NCBI GenBank assembly: GCA_050084515.1
Contig: CM114271.1
Location: 2,356,001-2,420,000, forward strand
From: Blasia pusilla
Taxonomy: Eukaryota
DNA: 64,000 bases
Reading direction: 5' to 3'
Each line of letters begins with the position of its first letter. Positions within the stretch are counted from its first letter, which is position 1. The position numbers and the translations under genes were made by a program. The notes below the pieces were generated by a model. The model saw only the letters and a list, made by a program, of their open reading frames with translations, had not been told where the DNA came from and did not search any database. Below, piece after piece: positions 25,719 through 36,700 of the stretch.

Positions 25719-27042
25719 TCACTCGTCATCGTCCAAAAGCTCTTCTAGAATTACTGTCGGCCTTGCCCTCTCGTTTTTCAGAATCGTGGGAAGTGACGAT
25801 GGTGTCACTACCAATGGTGGGTCTGGAACCGGAGCTCTCGGCTTCGGAGGAGAGTTGTACGCCCCAACTAGCCTGTCGTAATCTGCCTTTGCCTCTTTGC
25901 AAAGGTCAAACAGTTCATGCCTTCCCTCAAGGCAGAGAATGTTCCTGCCACTCTGCCAGACGCCTCTGATACTTGCCCCTGAAAGGCCCACTAAGTCAAA
26001 CACCAAGTCACCCGGCCTTGAGCAGAGCTCGATGAGCGTTTGCATCAGGGCTAGCAACTTTTCCCTTCCTCCAAGTAAGGGGGTACCGTCTTGCATGTAA
26101 ATTCCCGGGGGAGAATTGTATAAACTATCTAAGCTGTACCCATCGGAGCATGGATCCACTGGATCCAGGATCCAGGATCTTAAATACTTGGAAGTTGTGC
26201 TCGGGCCGAACAAAGCAGTAAATATAGGAGTGGTCCATCTATAAAGAAGCAGGTTGAAAACAATGTCAGCAACAAGAAAGAGCTACTTGAACGCTGGTCT
26301 TCTTTCATTATGGTGACACAATGTGCAACACGTCCCCAAAGAACTTTGCTTAACCCCAGAGAACTTCATTATAGTCCTAACATTGGAGCAACCTGTCGGA
26401 GTCCGACGGGTTGTTTTACAAGTGTTAGTGATTTTTTTGCCATGAGTAACCCGTCGGAAGTCGACAGGTTGCTGGCTTAGAGCAACCCTTCGGTTTCCAA
26501 TGGGTTGCATCATTCCAGAAACACAAGGAAAAGCATAAGCACTTGCAACCCGTCAGTTTGCGACGGGTCGCATTACCCAATGGAGACTTGTGGTAAATTT
26601 GCAACCCGTCGCAAACGACGGATTGCAACACCGCAGTCACCAGCTTAGACGATCCGACGGGTTGCATGCAAAGATGCAACCCGTCGGAGCAGGGCAAATT
26701 GTATTTGGGTTTAGAGCCCTTACCTGGATTTGACTCGTCGCCGATCGGAGTGGGAACTCGTTCTTGATGACCCACGAACGCCGTCCTCCACTTCATCAAC
26801 CTCTTCACTCACGCACTGCACGTTGAAGAGCTCGTCCTCGCTCCCTCCAGTCAAGACCAAGAAACAGCCCGTGTCACTGAGATAAGCATCTGCAAAGGAA
26901 AATAGGAGCGCGATCTGGTCATAGGTAAGAGGGACATTCCAGTCTGGGACACTGTCAGACGGATTTTCGCCCCACAAGCGCAACCCAGAAGGCAAATCAG
27001 CGACGAGGAGATCCACCGCCACCTCCTCGACCTCCCCATGGA
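25719..27042 (-). pseudogene. Beta-class N4C/N6A DNA amino-methyltransferase-like gene, left copy (exons ~27042-26724 and 26238-25719), 5'-truncated and frameshifted
   Basis: VDLLVADLPSG...DWN...AYLSDTGCFLV resembles motif IV-VI (cf. VDLILxDL/PPYG...WD...LKxxG). REKLLALMQTLIELCSRPGDLVFDLVGLSGASIRGVWQSGRNILCLE resembles xKPxxLhxxLIxxxSxPGDLVLDPFxGSGTT...GRxxIGIE. GT-AG intron 26239-26723. Confidence 0.75.
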
Positions 27043-28925
27043 TGCAGTGGTCGTAGGTAGGGACAACATTCCGAATTTTGTGCAGCTTGAAGATTTTTTT
27101 GAAGGAGATGCGGACGAACAAGCCCTCGAGACAGCGGAGTTGGTGTCCAATGTCATCATTGCCAAGGACAAATCTATAGCGGGTTTGAAAGCAAAGGCGA
27201 GGGGATCGAAGAATTCCGAGGCCGACTCTTCCACAAAAGAGGCTGACACCTCAAGGCGAGAGGCGGAATTGTTCGGGCAAGCGGGGCGAGAGGGCCGGAC
27301 AAGATCCTCCACCAACAAAACTCCAGTGGAGTCTAAGGTAACAGAGACCCCCACAAGCCGACCGTAGACTCGGGAGAAGCAAAAGCGGGATGCGTCTGGT
27401 TTGTCCTGAGGAGCAGATAAGGATGTGGAATACACTCCATCATCCTTGGGAAGGCATAGAGAAAAAATGACCAAGACAAATGTCCTCATTCACTTCACTC
27501 ATCTTATGGATGAGCTGCAAAGTTTCAGTTCCCAGGAGTCGACATCCGCCATCGACAAATTGACCATGCCGGGACAAAAACTTCAACGAAATGGGCATGC
27601 TTCTTGGACGGTCCATGGGATGGTCAAGGAGGTGGCGGTGGATCTCCTCATCGCAGATTTGCCCTCTGGTTTTCGCTTGTGGGACAACAATCTGTCTGAC
27701 ACTATCCGAGACTGGAATGTTCCTCTTTCCTACGACCAGATCACGATGTTGTTTTCTTTTGCAGAAGCTTATCTGAGTGACAAGGGTTGTCTCTTGGTCT
27801 TGACTAGAGGGAGCGAGGACGAGCTCTTCAACCTTCAGTGAGTGAAGAGATCGCTGAAGTGGAGGACGGCCCAATCATGGATCATCAAGAACAAATATCC
27901 ACTCCGATTGGCGACGAGTCAAGTCCGGGTAAGTGCTCTTAATCGAAATTCAACCCGTCGAATCCCAACATCTTGTGGCTGCGGTGTTGCAATCCGTCTG
28001 AAAGCAACGGGTTGCAAATTTACCACAAGTCTCCATTGAGTGAGTGCAACCCGTCGAAATCCGATGGGTTGCAAGTGCTTGAGCTTTTCCTTGTGTTTCT
28101 GGAGTGATGCAACCCGTCTGAAAGCGACGGGTTGCTCTTAGCCAACCATGGGTTGCTCTAAGCCAGCAACCTATCGAATTCCAACGGGTTGCTCATGGCA
28201 AAAAAAAAAACTTACACTTGTAAAACAACCCGTCGGACTCCGACAGGTTGCTCTACTATTAGGACTATAGGCCAAGTTCTTATGGGTTGGTAATCAACAG
28301 GGACTAGAATGCACTATGGACGTGTTGCATATTGTGTCACCATATTGAGAGTAGACCAGCGGTCAAGTGGCTCTTTCTTTTTGCTGACATTGTTTCCAAC
28401 CTGCTTCTTTACAGATGGACCATTCCTTTGTCTACTATTTTGTAAGGCCCGAGCACAACTTCCAAGTGTTCCAGATCTTGGATCCACTCGATCCATGCTC
28501 TGATGGGTACAGCTTAGATAGTTTATACAATTCCCCCGGGAATATCCATGCAAGACGGGATCCCCTTACTTGGAGGAAGGGAAAAGTCCCCTGCCTTGAT
28601 GCAAACGCTCATCGAGCTCTGTTCAAGGCCGGGTGACTTGGTCTTCGACTTAGTGGGCCTATCAAGGGCAAGTATCAAAGGTGCCTGACAGAGTGGCAAG
28701 AATATTCTCTGCCTTGAGGGAAGGCAGGAACTTTATGACCTTTGCAAAGAGGCGAAGGTTGATTACGATAGGCTAGTGGGAGCATACAAATCTCCTCCAA
28801 AGCCGAGAGCTCGAGTTCCAGACCCACCATTGATAGTGATACTATCGTCACTTCCCACTATTCCAAAAATCGGGAGGGCAAGGCCGACAGTAATTCTGGA
28901 AGAGCTCTTGGACAATGACGAGTGA
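27038..28925 (+). pseudogene. Beta-class N4C/N6A DNA amino-methyltransferase-like gene, right copy with a charged N-terminal extension (exons 27038-27928 and 28415-28925)
   Basis: ORFs 27038, 27425 and 27842 are in one frame separated by in-frame stops. VDLLIADLPSG, SWIIKN, donor cgg|gtaagt at 27929, acceptor ttctttacag|ATGGAC at 28415, then MDHSFVYYFVRP and the SRPGDLVFD block. Confidence 0.75.
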
Positions 28926-30739
28926 GTTCAAAGAACTAAAGGACCCAACTTGACTGAAGCGTTTTGGAGTAGGGATTTATTGGTTTCCAAGGATGGAGCA
29001 TATATTGATACTGGATGTGTGTCACCTTGCAGAGCGTACAAGATTTACTAGTGAGGAAGGCGGTGGGACTCAAATCAAGTTACATGGGACCGTTATGGTG
29101 TACCTAGGAGGAGGGCCAAGGCTCTCAAATTCCCCAACATTTTCGATCCCCGTCTAAAATTGGCTAGAGGAGCCACTTGTATCTCAGGACATTCCTTTTG
29201 TACAGGAATCTAGGAGAGTTAGGAGTAAATTTGTAGATGACGAGGCTGAAGAAATCATACACTAGATCAAATGTACATTTCTGAGCTTCCCTCGGATGTA
29301 ATAAAGGACAAGAATTTTTTGAACCATGATGGTGTTTGTAAAATTTTGTTGAATATTTTTTTGGTCCTGTTGATTGTGTTGGTCTATCTACTCAGACTGT
29401 TTATTTTGCAACCCGTCTGATTCCGATGGGTTGCAACTTTTCAAAATATTTTAAACCACTTTCAGGCAACCCGTCGGATTCCGACAATTTGGCTTGAGTG
29501 ATCCGACTCTTTCCCTATTAGTCCAACTTTTGAGGCATTCTGGCGGGCTTCTTCACTTTTTTCTCGTTCCCCTATTATCGTCAAACCATTCTTCTCTAAT
29601 TTTTCTCTTCTCTAAGACGTGTTGGATTCCTACTACATGTCGGATTGCCATTTGGGATTCCCAACCTATTGGATTGTCATGGGGTGCATGGCGGAATGGA
29701 ATCACTTCTCAAGATCCTTCTTTTGTTATTGTGTGCTTGCTTGCAAGGGGTGCAACCCATCCGATTCCGACGGGTTGCAAGAGTTGCAACCTATCAGATT
29801 CCGACGGGTTGGAAGGGGTGCAGCTTCTCGGATTCTCAGATTTAGGATCTGAATGAAGGGACATGGGTGCGTCAGTTACTCTTTAATCCTAATAGCTAAA
29901 TATCTTTTGCTTCAATTTTCCTCTCGTCTGATCATATTTTCTTCTTGATCAGTTCCTCTTTACTCCTGACACCTATCAATCTTTTGGTTCAATTGTCGTC
30001 TCGTGTGATCACATTTCTCAGTGGCAAAGAGAATAGTGAAACCAAGCTGTCAAATGCACATCAGTCCATGGTATACTTTGTGCACCCATTCATGAGCCCA
30101 CATCATCAAATGATGTAATGAAAGTCTTCGGCTACCATGAGTGACGAGCAATTTTTTCTGTGGTGGAAAACCCCCTTATGGATGAGTATTGATGCCTTCT
30201 GCAAGAAGAATCAACAATCATTTAAAGGCATTTCTTTTTGCCTTTCTTTTGCCCCTTATTGATGAGTATTTGATGCCTTTTGCAAGAAGAGTCAATAATG
30301 CATAATGTCAACCACATATTCAGAGAAGTTAAACCTTGAAGGGCACCGGAGTCAATTGAGACCATAGTTAGAGTCTTTATTTGAACCTTTCATTCAGATG
30401 AAATTGCTACTTCTTGTCAAATTATCTGCCAATGGTCCTCCAACAATAATACCCCTAGGCACAACTAACTGTAGACTTAGACAGGCAATGTGAAGAAAAT
30501 TAGGCTCATATGGAGAGTGATGGAAGAATATTTGTAGTGGTCTTATGATTTCTACTTGTTTTTCGCCCCCCGAATGTGATCCACTTGCTACTCTCTTCTA
30601 AAGATTTCATGAATTTTAAAGCAGACAAAAATTTCAAATATGTCAAAATTTTTTGAAGAGAGGAGGCGGATTCTGCCCTTTTTTTTTAAGAGAGACTCTC
30701 CTCTCTTCCTCTCTCCTGCCAGAATACCAGCCCCCGGAG

Positions 30740-31090
30740 TGAGTTTATCTTAGATTTTACCGATTCTTGTCTTGCTGGTTTAATCAGTTAACTTTGGGAC
30801 AATGGCAAGGTCGCTGTCCGCAAGTAGAGAGTAGCTCTCAGGGCGTGTAGGGCCGAGAGCGCATGTGCGTGAAGTGGGCCGTGAGCGCATTTGCGCATAG
30901 TGCGAGGCATAGTGAGGAGTACTTAAGTTGAGTACTCTTGAGTTCCTTTGCTATTCACGCCCCGCCCATGCTCAGTTTTATCTTAGCTTTTGCTGATTCT
31001 TGTCTTGCCAATTTTATCAAGTGGCTTTGGGACAGTGGCAGGGTCGCTGCCCGCAAGTAGAGAGTAGCTCTCAGGGCGGGTAGGGCCGAG
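30740..31090 (+). repeat. ~115 bp direct repeat pair (30741-30857 and 30974-31090)
   Basis: Shared ttatcttag...gattcttgtcttgc...ctttgggaca...ccgcaagtagagagtagctctcagggcg.gtagggccgag. Confidence 0.8.
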
Positions 31091-33669
31091 TTGAGTACTC
31101 CTATATATATGGAGGATGATTTTAAGTCATACACATTCAAAGTAGAGCTTAAGAAGCTTCCATTCCCAAGTAAACTTTACATGTCTCTAGCTTTCTAAGC
31201 TTTCTAGCCTACCCCTCATGTGGTCTGCCTAGCTACCAACACACAGCACTATGTGGATATTCACCACAACTCCATTCCCATGCGTCGCCCCGGGATTTGA
31301 AATGTGTATAGTACCCTACGCCACCCCAGAATCTGAGCTGGGTGTAGTAGGCCGCCCAAGGTCGACCTTGCATTTCTTTGGAGATGGCGTGAGACGTTCT
31401 TCTGGGTTGGGGTGCGGCGTTCTCTGACATCTTTCTGCAGATTCCCCCTCAATCAAGTATTTGCTTTTGTTGCTGAATCTTCTCAGGTAATGAGAGGGAG
31501 TCCCTTGGACTTTGAATAGGACCTATTTTCTGGAGCCACCCACTGGATTTGGAAAATACCCTTTGTCTGACAACGAAAGATTTTCTCGTGCGGGGAGGGA
31601 GTCTTTTATTGCCCCTTCAAAGCCAGAAGCATGCTCGAGTGTGAGTCTATCACCCCAAGGAGGACTATTGTTGAAGTACATTTTCTTCCACTTCCTCAAG
31701 GACATATAGTGCTCTTGGGAAATTGGTGACCATTTTGAACTATCCAATGATTTTAGATCACCCGAATTTAGACCTTAGTGCTTTTTTTTCTAATGTGACC
31801 TTGGATATACTTTTCCCTTTCCCTTGCGTAGACTTCTTTGCTATAATCCTGGTTGCCATTCTACCTCATTTTGTTCTGTTGTTGATAATGTTTGCAGGGT
31901 TGTGAGAATTGTCGAAACAACAAGAAGGTACGAGAGTAGTTCCAGGAGTTGTCGGAACAACAGGAAGGGACAAGAGTAGTTCCAAAGTCTATCGGCCAGA
32001 AGTTAAACCAAACGTGAAGGAGCACTTCAAAACTGGCATTGCTGTAGAGTCAAGTTGGTGAACTAAAGCGCAAGGAGACTACCAAAACAGAATCTGTACC
32101 CGCACATTATTCAAAGACATATCAAGTACAGCTTCTGTTCCGGTACAACAAGCAAGCAAATCGACTCATTTAGTAGAGCTCCATGAAAGCAAATCAACTC
32201 ACAGTAGAGTTACTTTCATAATAATACAGTTGCAACAATAGACCTTTGAGATCCCTTACACTTGTAATCTCCTATACGGATCAATTAATGTGAGTTGCTG
32301 AAGGCTTCTGCAAAACCAAATGCTTAGTGGCTTCTTCTAAATCTGTAAAACGAAATGCTTCTGTGTATTAGCAAACTTCTTCTAAGCCGAGGTTCTGAGT
32401 GCGTACAATAAATGGAGTCTAAACTGGATGCAAGCAAGCAATAAATATGTTGTTGTGTAAGCTCAAAAACCCTAAGGGCGTCTTATGCCAACTCCTTGAG
32501 AAATGAGAGGGGGACTACATTGATCGATATTCCTTGTCCGATCGTAACTATTGCTAGTACAAAATTCAAAAAAACGGTTAGAAATGTATTGCGGCAGAAT
32601 GACCAAGGTCAAAAATCCTGATGCGATAGCGATCTTGCAAGAAACACGCGACCCAAAGAGAACGGATTTCACACTTGTGAAGCATGCATCCCGAAAGGTG
32701 CATCACGAATCTCAAAACTAAACCTTTTGAATCCCTCATTAGTTTTGAACGCCACGTGTCAAGAGTTGGAGCGTTTGCACTACGAGAGCGCATTTGCGCA
32801 TAATAGTATAGATTCCATGAACATGTTACGGGGATCTTTATGCGACTCCCAAGTGATTAGGCTTTGACTCCCTATCATATTAAAAAAATATATACGTATA
32901 TGTTTTCTTAACATGAATATGCGATAAAAAAAATGATTGAGCTTCTCATTATTAACTAGGCCCCATTTGTTGCAGCACATCAATAATTTTTATTCTTATT
33001 TATCATTTCTTCTTAAAGTTCCTCTTTTCTACTCCACATGGAAATATGGGCTCGTGGAAATTAGGGCCAGTTCCATTATTCCTCCCAAAGTAGAAATTTC
33101 TTTCTTTTCTTTAACTTACTCATCGACGACAAGTCACGGGAGTGGGACAGGCTATTTCAGTTTGATTCTCAATATTATCTCACTCTTTGTGAACTCGTTA
33201 GTAATGAATGGGCCCCTACATATATTGCAACGATGTCTCGAGGGTAAGGTGTTCACCATTTCCATTTCCGAATCATCGGCTGAAAACATATTGAAAATAG
33301 GGGTCCTTTTGCATTTTGCATGCCGGATTCCAGAAGTGCCATGTTCTGTTTTTAGGACCTATGCGGACCATGCGATTTATGTAAAATAAAATCCTTTCAT
33401 TTAAATAGTGTATCATAATTAGATTGTGGAATACTTTTTTAATTAAGAGTGTCTTTCATTTTTCAAACTCCTTTCGACACTTGGCACCGTGGGCCGATTG
33501 TTGCCTTATGAGTCAATAATTTTTTAAATTTAATTATCATTATGGCCCCTACTTTAGGCCTTATTGATGGGTTTGTGCCACGTATTTTGGTGTTCTAAAG
33601 CAATTTAGAGTGCACAGGTTGCTCAATGTGAGTAATTTCTCAATGGAGATGTGACATGTAATAAAAACA

Positions 33670-33795
33670 TTTGTAAGTGAAAAAGATAAGACTTTACTTG
33701 CAATTGAAAAAGATAAGAATTTACTTGTAATTTACTTGTAAGTGAAAAAGATACGAATTTTTACTAGTAAGTGAAAAAGATAAGAATTTACTTGC
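33670..33795 (+). repeat. Minisatellite, ~4 copies of a 27-28 bp unit (acttgtaagtgaaaaagataagaattt)
   Basis: Unit visible at about 33670, 33695, 33734 and 33763. Confidence 0.8.
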
Positions 33796-36700
33796 CTACA
33801 TCAATCTTTTCTCATGCTCAATTATATGAAGCAAAAGTTAGGACCCGTGAAATGACCATGCATCGTACGGTCCCCTCCATGTTTCCCACCCCTAAGACCT
33901 GAACGTCCGCTACTTGAATGGCCCCCTTACCCACGCCTCGTCTTCTAGATTAAAAAGACACGTGTTCCATTTTTTCATGTCGCCATTGGAAATCCGCTCC
34001 TCTGTTAATAGTATAGATTATCAAAAGTAGGACAAAAAAGCACAATAGCAAGTAATGTAATTTCAAATGAAAAAAAGACCCTTCTGTATAAAAAAATATT
34101 TCAATGAAACAAAATTTTACTCATTCATATCTTTGTACTCTACACCTTATTAGCTCTCGTATTAGCTATCATTATGGCCCAATTATTGGGTTTCTGCAAC
34201 ATATTTTGGTGTTCTAAAGCAATTTGGAGTGCACAGGTTTCTCGTGAAAGTAATTTCTCAATAATGATGTGAAATAAAATAAAATATTTGCACTTTTTTT
34301 CGTCTTAGTCAGTGAGAGTTTCCCTTTATGCCGAATTAGTATTTCCCTCCATTTCATTTACGTCCACCCACTGCCATGTCACGTCTTTTAGGATAGATCG
34401 ATGAGATCTAGTAGAGAGCCTTCTCGCGTAGTGGAGGATAGGCTCAAAAGGTCGAGGATGACCTGTTGAGGTCCTGGGAAACCTAAGAGAGCAGGTTTCC
34501 CCTTCGTTTTGGATCATTTGGAGCCATATTGAGGAACTTACTATTTTGGGCAAGTACCATTTTGAGAATATGCTCTACTTTCTCTTTTTGGAAGTGGACC
34601 TTGATCTCCTACATCAGGTCAAGAACCAAGGAGGTGACTTGGGAGCATAGGTTACCATGGAGAGAGCTTGGGAGAGGGGAGGGGTATACCTCAAGGAGAG
34701 AGATTGAGAGCTCATTCTCTCTTTGTTGAACCTCTTGGCACAAGGGCGGCGGAACTATGGTCCCTTGCCTTGTGAGTATAACCCAAGCCTTTCATTAAGA
34801 GAGTGGGTTTGGTTTGACATTAAGAGAGATATGTGAGAGTGCACACATGTGAGAGCTATGGTGTTGTGAGAGAGATTTGACCTTGTTTTACAAATAGAGA
34901 ATGAGAGGGTGAGAGAGCTTCAATGCAGGAGCTCGCTGGTTACTCGCTGTTGGTGCATATTGGGGACCATGTTCCCCATTCAATAGCTCATGGGAGTGCT
35001 CATCGAAGCAAGCATTACTTGTTTTACTGTTTTCCATTATTGATTTTTTGTATGGAAGAGTGGCGCGCGGAAGCGCTGCCCAAATTTCTTTAGAGATGAA
35101 GTTTGGGGATGGCTTTTCCCATTCTAGTGCTTTTGGGAGCACCAAGAAGCTTGTTGGTTTGTGATTTTATAGGTCTGAAGTTTTTTGTGGAAGAAATTAG
35201 CGCTAAAGTGGTGCCGATTTTATCCTACGAGTGCAGATTTGAAGGGCTGCATGACAGTTCCCACCAGTTTTTGTGGGAAAGTTGAATGAAATGTTTTTTA
35301 AAGATTGTCGTAGATCTCAAAGCTATGCGCGTTGTGGAAGAAACGGTGTGCTATTTTGAGCTATGAGCAAAAAGTTATGGTCGATCTTGGAAAATTGCCA
35401 TTGCTAGGCGATTTTTAGGGTAAAATTGTTCAAACCCTAAACTAGCCGTCGCCGTCATAGTCACCGTCAAAGGTCAATCGTCACCGTCAACAATCCACGG
35501 TCAATGTTCCATCGTCACCATCAACGGTCCACCTTCACCATCAATGGTCCACCGTCACCGTTATTATTGTTGTCTGCCGTCAACCGTCGGCCGGCGCCGC
35601 CTCCTAGCGGTGCTTTGAGCGGCGTTCGGCCGTTATCCGCCGTTGGTTGCCATTGCCATTATCGCCATTACGGAGTGGACGGTCTTCCATGACAATCGTT
35701 GATTCTTTGACTTGAGCCGCCACCACGTACTTTGTTGTGGCAGCTGCCTTCATCGCAATTTTGTCGTCAACCAATGATGGCAGGTGACCTCGGGTTGATG
35801 GTGTTTGAGTTTTCATTTCATTCTGCTATGTTGTGATTGGTAGCCGCTCGATGATGATCGAGTACCATGTCGTGACGTCCGGAGCCGCAGCGAGCCGCCG
35901 ATCGCCATGCCTTGCCGCTTGTGGCCGCACTGCACCTTCTCGATTGCGGAGCCGCTCTTTCACTAAGGTGTAGAGCGTGTGTATTGCTGATTGAGGAGGG
36001 TATGTTGTGGAGTGCCGCATCCCATTATCGAGTGTCGTGTCATTTTGTAACCATTCCGTGTCGCGAGTGCCGCACCGTACCGTTGGATCCACACCGCATA
36101 ATGAGGAGATTTGAGCATCGTCAGTACTAGAGGGGTACGACTTGTTGATTGGAGGATTTTTTTGTCAAGACCAAGTTGGGGTCGAGGTTTGCAGTTGCTA
36201 AGGAGCGATCGACATTTATTCTCGTTATCCATTTTGGTCTTTTGCCTGTACGTGTTAGGGAATTTTGGGTATCGGGTAGTTATTTGGGATATTGGGTTTT
36301 GTGTAGATGCTAAGAGCATCGTTGATGTATGAGTTTAGGAGACATAGATATGTGTGAGGTGTCCAGAGTTGAGGGTATGTGTTGTTCATGAGATGATAGG
36401 ACAATACTTGATTTTCCGTACCACGCCGCTTGTTGCCGCACATCACAATTCTCAATGAGAGAGTGTAGATTGAGTGTCGCATGTTAGTTTGAGTGATTGA
36501 GTGATTACTGGCACGATTAAGAGTGATTACGTCAGAGGGGCACAAGGGTCATCATGGCGTCATTTTGGGACTTTGAGAGGCAAGGTGGTGGACCCGAGAG
36601 TAGCTCTAGAGGTTTTATGCGGAGTGGCACCCAAGGCTATAAGAGGGTGGGAGAGCGGCATGTATCGAGAAAACGGAAGTACGGTTAGATCTTGCAGTCG

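Larger units (their letters stand above)
24470..29815. repeat. Dispersed 27-bp palindromic repeat, consensus GCAACCYGTCGGA-N-TCCGACRGGTTGC, about 20 variably degenerate copies inside element F
   Basis: Copies or half-copies near 24501, 24787, 24858, 25391, 25462, 26388, 26447, 26546, 26601, 26678, 27951, 28047, 28110, 28167, 28227, 29408, 29467, 29752 and 29785. Confidence 0.85.
23596..30735. mobile_element. Element F: 7.1 kb foldback / long inverted-repeat DNA element (arms ~23596-27042 and ~27612-30735)
   Basis: Termini GGGGGCTGGTATTC...GAATACCAGCCCCC. Reverse-complement matches checked at 23630/30700, 24414/29860, 25700/28930 and 27000/27640. No TSD or transposase recognised. Confidence 0.85.
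30736..34017 (-). mobile_element. One or two putative Helitron-like remnants (5' ends a|TCTATACTATTA at 32812 and 34017)
   Basis: Two identical taatagtatagat motifs resemble the TC-start terminus at 60614-60626. AT-rich interior with short tandem repeats. 3' hairpin-CTAG ends not confidently located. Confidence 0.4.

Noticed and set aside
26380-28252. CRISPR-like array from the 27-bp palindromes
   Set aside because: Spacing is irregular, copies are degenerate, the intervening sequences are mirrored in the other arm, there are no cas genes and the context is a eukaryotic intron.
25719-28925. Bacterial contamination or a restriction-modification operon
   Set aside because: Both copies have a matching GT-AG intron, lie among plant retroelements and have no neighbouring nuclease gene.
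23592-30741. Firm CACTA assignment for element F from CACTG at the left flank
   Set aside because: The left CACTG also matches the host A' sequence, the right end reads CACTCC, no 3-bp TSD is present and the host does not resume.
35440-35700. CCGTCA-rich low-complexity tract as a separate functional array
   Set aside because: Irregular short repeats in the leader of element D with no fixed period.
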